DNA of 63,108 nt, the filler included, from Trichomonas gallinae (taxonomy: Eukaryota): assembly GCA_008369845.1 (NCBI GenBank). It is 8 parts of 8 records of this genome, joined end to end, with 100 filler letters (N's around TTAATTAATTAA, not from the genome) between each part and the next. Parts side by side here need not be neighbours in the genome. Positions count along the whole stretch, not along the records: positions 54,837 to 56,209 come from MRSU01000752.1; positions 56,310 to 58,147 come from MRSU01000758.1; positions 58,248 to 60,079 come from MRSU01000765.1; positions 60,180 to 63,108 come from MRSU01000770.1; 4 more parts are not named here. The stretch is one strand, 5' to 3'. The position numbers were made by a program, and so were the translations under genes. Shown piece after piece: positions 54,837 to 63,108 of this stretch (the first letter of the stretch is position 1; every line of letters starts with the position of its first letter). The notes beneath the pieces were generated by a model. It worked only from the letters and a program-made list of their open reading frames with translations. It did no database searches and had not been told where the DNA came from.

Positions 54837-55949
54837 ATTCTTGATTTAACGAAAATTTTTGATGACGATATTATTTCGATTAATAGTTATGCATTCCATT
54901 CATGCCAGCTCCGAGGGATTATTTTACCCGATTCACTTGTTTCAATCGGTGCATCTGCTTTTGCTCAGAGCAATATTCAATCGATAGTTCTTGGTCCCAA
55001 TGTTAAATTTATTGGAGATAGCTGTTTTCACCTGTCGAACATTACTTTTGCTGACTTTTCAAAAACAAAATTGACAAAATTTGAAGTAAAATATACGTTT
55101 TCGACGACTAAATTAGAAAATATACTGCTTCCAGAGACATTTGAAGAATTTGGACATTTCACGTTTGGTCATTCTCAACTAAAGAATATAACATTACCAA
55201 AAAGTCTGAAAAATTTTGGCGATGGTGCATTTGGTGAATGCAAAAATCTTAAAATAATTAAAAGCAACAGCCATGAATTTGTTGAATATGATGGAGTTAT
55301 ATATTCGAAAGATTTTAAAATATTATATAGATATCCTGTAAATGGAACACAAATAATTAGTTCAACTGTCGAAGAGATCTATGGATATGCTTTTTCTGGT
55401 GTCAATTTTGTTGTTCACACTGTCAAAGCTCGCGTCAGAACATTTGGAAAAGGTCCGTTTCGAGGATGCATGAATGTCGAATTTATAGATATATCGAACT
55501 GCTTAATTACTGTTCTTCCACTGGAATCCTTTTATGATTGTCCAAAATTGAAAAATATTATCTTTCCTGATACCTTGCAATCCATTGAATATAACATTTT
55601 ATTTGGTTCAAAAATTGAAAGATGTGTTTTGCCGCCATCAGTCAATCGTATTGATTCTAAAGCTTTTGCATCAGCTAATGTTGTCTATCTTGAGTATTGT
55701 GGTTTGTATAATTTGCAAGCGACAATTGTTTCGACAGCACAAATCAGGGTGAATGCAAAATATAGTTATGACACTTTTCTTAGCACGACAAATTTTAGAA
55801 AAGATCTTAATGATTGTCTACCTGCTAGAACTCCATTTCCTACTCCATCAAAGTCTCCAATTTGCTATTATAGTATTGAACATTATCCTGTTACAACATT
55901 TAACTACATGATTTTTGTTTCAGTACTTATCGTCATGGAAGAAAAATAA
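54837..55949 (+). CDS. BspA-like TpLRR protein, 5'-truncated by gap
   Basis: Frame open from the gap edge: SINSYAF...LPDSLVSIGASAF...LPKSLKNFGDGAFGEC...DGVIYSKD..ILYRYP. Pro/Thr stalk and hydrophobic C-terminus. Confidence 0.88.
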   Translation: MLDLTKIFDDDIISINSYAFHSCQLRGIILPDSLVSIGASAFAQSNIQSIVLGPNVKFIGDSCFHLSNITFADFSKTKLTKFEVKYTFSTTKLENILLPETFEEFGHFTFGHSQLKNITLPKSLKNFGDGAFGECKNLKIIKSNSHEFVEYDGVIYSKDFKILYRYPVNGTQIISSTVEEIYGYAFSGVNFVVHTVKARVRTFGKGPFRGCMNVEFIDISNCLITVLPLESFYDCPKLKNIIFPDTLQSIEYNILFGSKIERCVLPPSVNRIDSKAFASANVVYLEYCGLYNLQATIVSTAQIRVNAKYSYDTFLSTTNFRKDLNDCLPARTPFPTPSKSPICYYSIEHYPVTTFNYMIFVSVLIVMEEK

Positions 55950-56310
55950 TAACAAATTATTGGGGGTTTTTAACGATTTGAGTGGTTGATTTTTGAATAC
56001 ATTTATTTTTGCAACAAACTATAATGTTAGTACGTTATTAAAATTTTAAAAATAACCTTATTTATCGTATAACCTTAAAAATGCTAACGTATCATGACCA
56101 AATTTGTTTCACTAGATGAACATTTCATCAAGAAACAATGACTAGCGTTACATCATCAGATCCACAGATAACATATATAGATAGCCAAAATGGGATTATC
56201 ATTGGAGATNNNNNNNNNNNNNNNNNNNNNNNNNNNNNNNNNNNNNNNNNNNNTTAATTAATTAANNNNNNNNNNNNNNNNNNNNNNNNNNNNNNNNNNN
56301 NNNNNNNNNG

Positions 56311-56664
56311 CAGCTCAACTCACCTATTGTCGAAGAACCACCCTCATTTCCAGTTGCCGGCTTCGAATCAATCACAGACACATATAAAGCTGACTGGTGG
56401 GGCGGCCTAAGTGTCTCAAGTGTAGCAGACCTTACATATCTCGATTCACAACCTAATCACCCGCATTGGAATGGATGTGTAGGATCATATTTAACTCTAT
56501 ATGATCCGAATTTTCCATGCATTAAAAGTTATTGTAATGAAACATCTTTGTATGTTCGTGTCAATGAAATCACATATATGGAGTGTCCAACTGCTAACTA
56601 TCATAGGACATACATCAGTAATTGTATAATGTATCTTGTAATAATATTTTTGAATTCGGAATAA
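56311..56664 (+). CDS. 3' part of a secreted/surface protein, truncated by gap (absent from the ORF track)
   Basis: Open frame QLNSPI...VAGFESI...WWGGLSVS...TYLDSQ...HWNGCVG...TSLYVRV...CIMYLVIIFLNSE then stop. Confidence 0.7.
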   Translation, partial: QLNSPIVEEPPSFPVAGFESITDTYKADWWGGLSVSSVADLTYLDSQPNHPHWNGCVGSYLTLYDPNFPCIKSYCNETSLYVRVNEITYMECPTANYHRTYISNCIMYLVIIFLNSE

Positions 56665-57010
56665 AAAACAATATTTTTGCATTAATTTTTTTGACACATA
56701 AAATATGATTACAATTGTATGTCAAACATGAAAACAAACAAACAAACAAAAAAAAGGAGATTCATAAAAGTATTTTAGAAAGAGATGGTAACTAATTTTT
56801 TTCAATACCAAAATTGACATGTAAAAATACAATTACTAACAAATTTTTATTTTACATGTCAAATAAATTTCAATATTATCATTAATAACATAATGATGCC
56901 TTAAAGTAAACTAGGTTTTTTGAAATGGATGTTAACAAAAATACTATACTAACATCCCATTTTTTCAATGCGTTTTGACGGTTTCTTGTGGCTTAAAAAA
57001 CCGTTATTAA

Positions 57011-57115
57011 GGGATGGCTCAACCGTTTTTTTGTCGGGCGTAAAAAACATGTTCAGTACCCCCATTAATTTAGTGTTACCCCCTTTTTATAAAAATTGAA
57101 TAGTTGAGCCATCCC
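57011..57115. mobile_element. Intact 105-bp MITE with 13-bp TIRs and TTAA TSD (Kolobok-like)
   Basis: TTAA-GGGATGGCTCAAC...GTTGAGCCATCCC-TTAA. TSDs at 57007-57010 and 57116-57119. Confidence 0.85.
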
Positions 57116-57160
57116 TTAAAAATCACTTTTTTCGAGTAACCTGTCACTTTTAGTTGATTA

Positions 57161-57526
57161 ATGTCGGGGTGGGACTTTGATTTCGATCAGGACGAGAGCT
57201 TCGCAGCTGGCTTCAATGAGCCGGACCAAATCCTTTTTTCGGAAAACCCGGTCATGGAGCCATCAATATTCTTGCAGCCCGAGGCCTTGCAAATGAATTC
57301 TTTAAATGTTAGACCAATACAGCAAACAAAGCCGGTAAGAAATTTCCCTGCGCCATCTGGACAAGACTTGGCCCAGGAAAATGACCAGTTACGTCAATTC
57401 TTCTCTTCTCTCAAAGAACAAGCAGAGCGAGCAGAATCTATCAATCAGTCATTGAAATCGCAGCTTGAAGATTGCCGCAATTGGTTCAGAGATGCCATGT
57501 TTACAGGCATTACTAACCACAAGTAA
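57161..57526 (+). CDS. Small hypothetical protein with C-terminal coiled coil
   Basis: ATG ORF of 121 aa with two TCACTTT Inr elements upstream; heptads LAQENDQLRQ...LKSQLEDC. Confidence 0.8.
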   Translation: MSGWDFDFDQDESFAAGFNEPDQILFSENPVMEPSIFLQPEALQMNSLNVRPIQQTKPVRNFPAPSGQDLAQENDQLRQFFSSLKEQAERAESINQSLKSQLEDCRNWFRDAMFTGITNHK

Positions 57527-59561
57527 TTCTATCCTATCGACAATAAATTGTTTGTTTTTTTATGTAAAAATAATTTGTGAAATAGACACTATTACTTATA
57601 TCTATTCATTTTTATAGCCAGCAAATCAAAATCCAGACATACTGGGGCGAAATATCTTCACAGGTCTAATGTAGAAATGCTACCGATGTTCGTAATTTTA
57701 ACACTCAACAATTTCCTTGATGTAGTTTAATTCGCCAATTATTATTTCTTCATTTTGTCCTAAAAATTTTATGCAATTGTAATATTAGAAGGTTGACATT
57801 CTTTATGATGTGGTACAGCTTTAAAATACTGAATAGATCAATAATTTCATCATTCTTTTGATCTTCACGTTAATGAAAATTTCGAAATTATAAAAAATAT
57901 TTTATATGATAGTTTCAAGTATCTCAATTGATTTACAAATTCATATTTTGCAATTTACATTTATATAAATATCAATATGACTAAAATGATCATAAATCAA
58001 AGATATCAGCTTTTTTAATTCATGAACCGTCTTTTATATTAGAGAATATAAAGATATATGATTACTAGAAAAGGGGGGAAACTCTTTTTCCACTTTTTCG
58101 ATGACTTGCGTGTTCAGCAAACTTTTCTTCAGAATGAGTCGCGAGGANNNNNNNNNNNNNNNNNNNNNNNNNNNNNNNNNNNNNNNNNNNNTTAATTAAT
58201 TAANNNNNNNNNNNNNNNNNNNNNNNNNNNNNNNNNNNNNNNNNNNNATTATAAAAAAATTTACAAAATTTTCCTTATTTTTTCGGCTTGTCAGAAAAGT
58301 GAGAAAGTTCTCAAAAATTAGACCTTCTCTTCACGATATTTCGATATATTATATCATATACAACATGCCATGCGTAAAATGTCAAAACCGTTTTTGGGAA
58401 TTTTCGAACTTTCTAATTAGTATATTCATAAATTACACATATTAACAATACTAATTATCACAAAATTAGTTCGAAATTCGCAAAAAATTGAGTTGAATCA
58501 CTTCTATATTATCAAAAAAATAATAGTCAATGTAAATCATTTGATTCATGGACAATCGTCAAGTTAGGGTGAGAAGTAATGGAAAATGCTTTAAAATACT
58601 ATTCGAATAATTGTAAAGTTGTTATTTGCGCCTTTGATGACTATTACGTAATGGGATTTTTAACTAACATCTAATCAAGGAACTGAAAAGAGGATGTTAA
58701 CAACAAAAAATATTATTATTCTTTTTTTGGTTTTTTGTTTGTTTTTGTATTGACATCTATTCCAGGAGCATAAAAGTTGGGTTACGATATATATGTTATA
58801 ATATCTCATTATTTTTTTAAAAAAAAAATAATAAATATAGAACATGAATATTGCAATACAGTATATACGTATTATGGTAATAAATAGCATTGAATGGTAA
58901 GAGAAAGTTAAAAATCAAATTTTGATATAATTGATAATCAATTTCATAATTCGTGGGTTCTTACTGGTTCTATTTAATATGTAAGTTGTGAGAATATTGA
59001 TTCTCAAAGTTTGAGCCTTAAAAGGAGATTCAACCAAAGCAAATGGTCTCAATAAATGATTCAACTATTTTTTTTTTTTAATTTATTTTTTGTATATCAA
59101 TCCCAAACGGGATTAAAAACATTAAGTGCATAAAAATTCAGTTGATTGAAAAAAATTGAATCAGTATTCAATTTTTGTATTAACATATAGGTATGCCTAT
59201 GATATTAATTTTTGGTGAATTATTTTATTTTTTTATCGTCAAAACGTTATTTGGACTGTGCGGTTGAAATGTCCGCTTCTATAAGGTCTAATAAGCAGAA
59301 ATCCGAGCTACAAAAAGAAAATTTTTATCCGGTTAATTTTCAAAATCTTAAAATAAATCTTAAAAAGTGAATCGACAAATGATACCATATGCTGTTTCAT
59401 TCAAAATTTTGCATTATAATCAAATAAAATGTCAGATATGAATTTTTGTATTTTTGTTTATAACATTATATACTATTTCTTCAACCTTTTTTGACGGCAA
59501 AACCGTTTTGACCTTATCAAATTGATAAATTGAGAGAGCTGTAATCATTTTTTACTCTTAG

Positions 59562-60079
59562 ATGCTGAGCTTATTGTTCTTATTCTCAGAATCAAGGATC
59601 CCACGTGGATTCCGTCGCCCACACCATGGGTATCCACCATTGATTAATCCACTTGTAGGTCATTTTGATCACACAAGATCTAGGCCACTTCGTCGCCGCC
59701 ACCACCATGTTGATCCAGAAGCTAATTGGAGAATTCCAGGATTACCATTTGATCTTCCAGATATCCAGCTTCCACCACTCCCACAACTTCCACCACTCCC
59801 AGAAATCAGACTTCCAGAAATCAAGTTACCAGCACGTGTTGATGTTCCAGATTGGGTCCCATTCTCAAGAGAAATCAGAGGTGCTCTCGAACCATTCCAA
59901 CCAGGTTCAGCACCAGCTCCAGGACCAGCCCCAGCTGGAGGACCAGTCACAGATGACCAGATGAGAAGAATGGGATGGCGCAACTACAACCTCCCAGATC
60001 TCAACGCTTGCTGCAACAGGTTCCAAATCAACACACCACCAAGACTGCGCCACTTCATTTCACAGTGCTCACACGAGTC
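59562..60079 (+). CDS. Secreted Pro-rich protein with the start of a GH19 lysozyme/chitinase-like domain, 3'-truncated by gap
   Basis: Signal MLSLLFLFS, Pro-rich linker, then [27 protein letters not shown] (I.T..R..HF.AQ..HES signature). Confidence 0.8.
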
Positions 60080-60179
60080 NNNNNNNNNNNNNNNNNNNNN
60101 NNNNNNNNNNNNNNNNNNNNNNNTTAATTAATTAANNNNNNNNNNNNNNNNNNNNNNNNNNNNNNNNNNNNNNNNNNNN

Positions 60180-60255
60180 ATTTGGCCGAGTGGTCTAAGG
60201 CGCCAGTTTAAGGCACTGGTCCGCGAGGGCCTGGGTTCGAACCCCAGAGTGACCA
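60180..60255 (+). tRNA. tRNA-Leu (AAG), first about 4 nt lost in gap
   Basis: TGGCCGAGTGGTCTAAGGCG D arm; CCAGT-TTAAGGC-ACTGG anticodon arm; long variable arm; CTGGG-TTCGAAC-CCCAG; AGTGACCA; T-run follows. Confidence 0.93.
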
Positions 60256-60481
60256 TTTTCTCTTTTTTTATAATATATATTATATATAATCCCATTTAAC
60301 AATAAAGTTATATATACTATCAATAAATGCTAATATGTAACTCTCGATTTTTCTTAATATTACGATCTCATATTTTTAGAATCCACAATAATTTTTCGAT
60401 ATTGTTGCATTTACTAAATGTTATCCATCGGGCTAGTTTATTTTAATCATATTATTATATTAGCCAGTTCATTTTGAGTTA

Positions 60482-61570
60482 ATGTTATTATTTCTTTTTG
60501 CATTCAAATCAACATTTGTCGAGCAAACGTTCATAAATATGACAAATTTACATGATTTAGCGAAATCACAAAATGTATTCATCTATCTTTATACAAAATC
60601 GAGTGAAAAGAAAAATGATTTTTTCAATAATTACGTTTCTAATAACGAGAACTCAAATACCTTCATTGTTTCATATAGTTGCGCAGGAAATGCATCAATT
60701 ATGACCAGTTTGCGATCTGAAATTCCATTTATCACTAAAATTTTCCCTGATTCGCGATTTGATTTCGTATTACGACAGAAAATCAAAGAATCATACGATA
60801 TAAACGAGTTTCTTCAATCTTCAATGCGCCAACAAACAGTTGATATTTTTGGAAATTTCAGAACTCAATTAGATCTACCAATACAAGGTGGAACAGCATT
60901 TCACTTACGAGCTAACAAGAATTCTAAGATATTAGAGCTTTTTAATGAAATTTCAAAATTATATTTCTTTGATTTGTACCACATTCATTTTTCATACTCT
61001 ATCAACAAAAAATCATTAAATCCAACTCTTACTGTATACTATTCCAAATCATGTGTTCGCGTTTTCAAAGTTTCAGAAAATACACTCGCGAAAACTATTT
61101 ATTCTAACAGGTATTCACACTACCATTATTTTGAAAAAGATGAGTTTTTGGGTATTGTCAATCATTCAAGTGCAATTGCATTCTTAATTCAAAGAGATTC
61201 GCTAACTGATGATGATATCGATAAAATTAGTATTGCAAGCCAATTAACTTGTGGAAAAATGATAACGGGATGGACAAATAAGCGTGTTACTGGTCTAGGA
61301 CAAGCTCTCAGGGCGAATTCTAATACTTCTGAAGAAATTGCTATTGTTAATAGAAACACAGATTGTTTATTCCATATTAGCCTTGGTTACGCAGAATCCA
61401 ATCTTATTTATTATATCAATGACGCTATGGTTAATACTCATTGTTGGAGATATCCAGAAAACTCAACGAAAATCGTCGAAGTTCATTACAGAAAAGCTGC
61501 TCTACTCTGTTGTCTAATCACTACATTGTCGTTTGCATATTTAATTTATTCAACAGCAAAAAGCGTTTAA
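60482..61570 (+). CDS. Hypothetical type I membrane protein (possibly non-catalytic thioredoxin-like folds)
   Basis: Inr TCATTT upstream, signal MLLFLFAF, C-terminal TM AALLCCLITTLSFAYLIY. The fold call is weak. Confidence 0.7.
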   Translation: MLLFLFAFKSTFVEQTFINMTNLHDLAKSQNVFIYLYTKSSEKKNDFFNNYVSNNENSNTFIVSYSCAGNASIMTSLRSEIPFITKIFPDSRFDFVLRQKIKESYDINEFLQSSMRQQTVDIFGNFRTQLDLPIQGGTAFHLRANKNSKILELFNEISKLYFFDLYHIHFSYSINKKSLNPTLTVYYSKSCVRVFKVSENTLAKTIYSNRYSHYHYFEKDEFLGIVNHSSAIAFLIQRDSLTDDDIDKISIASQLTCGKMITGWTNKRVTGLGQALRANSNTSEEIAIVNRNTDCLFHISLGYAESNLIYYINDAMVNTHCWRYPENSTKIVEVHYRKAALLCCLITTLSFAYLIYSTAKSV

Positions 61571-62438
61571 CTCTGATATTACTTTATAATATAGCAAGTA
61601 GCTTTCCAATAGATTATATTTCAATTGTTATATCATTATTAATCCAAAAATTTTCGATTCATATTGGATTTATTGAAAACAACACTATTTATTCTCCATA
61701 TATCAATAGTTTTTTGGTAGAAAATGTATTTATACGTTTCTGCATGAACTGTTTCATTTTTTTTTGTTTCTATATTAAATTGTTGAATTTGTATTCATGT
61801 TACTATCTATAATAGTTTGTAGCTCTAAATTTATATTTCAAAACAAAAGAATTCAAAATGAGACAAAAAATTAATGAATATTTTAATTTAATGTTTTTCA
61901 AAACTTGAAACTTAGTTTTAGATATTTGTAGTACTTTCTGGCAAATTGCAATCGATGCTATTCAACTGCAAGTGATTTTTCAATATATGTTATTAAATTA
62001 CAAGAATGCTCAATTACATATGTTGCATTGCGATTTACTCGGTATTGTTGTGATATAGAATGCAATAAGATTGACATTTACATTTTATAAAATGGGAGCT
62101 AAGTAAAATTGTAAGATACCAAGGCTAAATCATAACTCATTAAATCATGATGGAAAAGACAGAGGTGAACCAATTCGCTAAAATCCGTGTTTTGACTCTA
62201 AACTTTTAAGTATATTGATGGAGACTAATATATAATGATGTAGCAAAGGTTTTGGCCAATTTAGTCATTGGTATACCTATGATAAGATTAGTACACGTAT
62301 TTTCGGTTGTTTGGTCGCGTTTTTATTTTGATAATAATGATTTTGATCGGAATCTATTTTAAACATGATATATAATCGGAAAAAATCTAAAATAGATTTA
62401 ATACGATCTTAAAATTTTGTAAAAGTGACAGAAAGGTA

Positions 62439-62999
62439 ATGGTGCAACACTGGCACTGCCCGCTCTGCAACAAAAGGCTTGTCTCGCCTGTTATTGCTGG
62501 CTGTGGACATACCTTTTGCTGGAGGTGCCTCTGTAGGCATATGGAACACAGTCTTCAATGTCCTGCATGTAGAAAAACTCTTGACTATGAAAAATTTGTA
62601 TCTATAAAAGGTTTAGGCAAAGAGGATGCGGACTTGGCTTCACTCCCACCACTTCCACAGCCTCCGGAACCTAAAATTACTGATCAACCTAGAGAACAAC
62701 CACAGCAACAGCCTCGTAATGATCAGCAACTTCACAATGATCAACAACCTCGAAATGAACAACAGCCTCGAAATCCACATCTTAATGATCCAGGATTATT
62801 TAATCTTCCTAGAAGAAATCAAACTAGAGACAATGTACATATTCATAACGTACGATTGAACGGTAGAGGAACTCTTCGAGTGAATATTATGGGTATGGAT
62901 GTGTATGTTGGTGATACAAATGGATTCCCTGCTCGAATAATCATGTGTGTTTTTTACATCCTTGCTATTTTTTTCATTCAGAGATTGCTGGATTTTTAA
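62439..62999 (+). CDS. C3HC4 RING finger protein with C-terminal TM (RNF5/RNF185-like architecture)
   Basis: CPLC...CGHTFCWRC...CPAC, QQPRN 18-bp repeats, hydrophobic tail. AAAGTGAC motif at 62422-62429. Confidence 0.9.
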   Translation: MVQHWHCPLCNKRLVSPVIAGCGHTFCWRCLCRHMEHSLQCPACRKTLDYEKFVSIKGLGKEDADLASLPPLPQPPEPKITDQPREQPQQQPRNDQQLHNDQQPRNEQQPRNPHLNDPGLFNLPRRNQTRDNVHIHNVRLNGRGTLRVNIMGMDVYVGDTNGFPARIIMCVFYILAIFFIQRLLDF

Positions 63000-63036
63000 T
63001 TTAAATTTGTTTTTTATTTGTTATGCGTAATTTTAA

Positions 63037-63108
63037 GGGTGCGCTTGCACGAAAACGGTTTTTATCGTCTTTTTTCATCCACGCTCATTTTTTAATCTCT
63101 AGACCTTT
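63037..63108. mobile_element. Candidate Kolobok-like element end at window edge
   Basis: TTAA (63033-63036) followed by GGGTGCGCTTGCAC; partner end not in the window. Confidence 0.35.

Noticed and set aside
58391..58486. Imperfect inverted repeat TTTTGGGAATTTTCGAACT / AGTTCGAAATTCGCAAAA
   Set aside because: Single degenerate instance without a TSD; insufficient to call an element.
15260..60179. Seven identical TTAATTAATTAA palindromes within N runs
   Set aside because: These are artificial six-frame-stop contig linkers of fixed 100-bp format, not biology.

Overview
This is AT-rich, gene-dense eukaryotic DNA with no evident introns. It reads as a draft assembly of a trichomonad (Parabasalia, Trichomonas-like). 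The evidence is TCA(C/T)(T/A) initiator elements just upstream of ATGs, a hydrogenosomal presequence on frataxin, BspA-like LRR surface proteins, an R2R3 Myb, a divergent Rab and ankyrin relics. The species cannot be fixed from sequence alone. Seven artificial 100-bp linkers (44 N + TTAATTAATTAA + 44 N) split the window into eight contigs, so adjacency across them is only as good as the scaffolding. About 35 protein genes or fragments and two tRNAs (Asp-GTC, Leu-AAG) are supported. Main observations: (1) bacterial-type genes (fused coaBC, RIC/YtfE, an MFS transporter and a secreted GH19 lysozyme/chitinase-like gene); (2) a recurrent upstream motif TG(A/T)C(AY/GT)GTAAA that I do not recognise among the described Trichomonas core-promoter motifs; (3) an array of 60-bp palindromes between two divergent genes; (4) several TTAA-flanked Kolobok-like MITEs, one intact in a promoter; (5) a run of axoneme/basal-body genes (PACRG, p28/DNALI1, CCP, CEP78-like); (6) two enzymes that have lost zinc-ligand cysteines (TRM1 and an EHFC-variant DHHC); (7) a hidden pair of homologous micro-ORFs. 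All family calls come from motif recognition by eye, not database searches. No CRISPR array or rRNA was seen.
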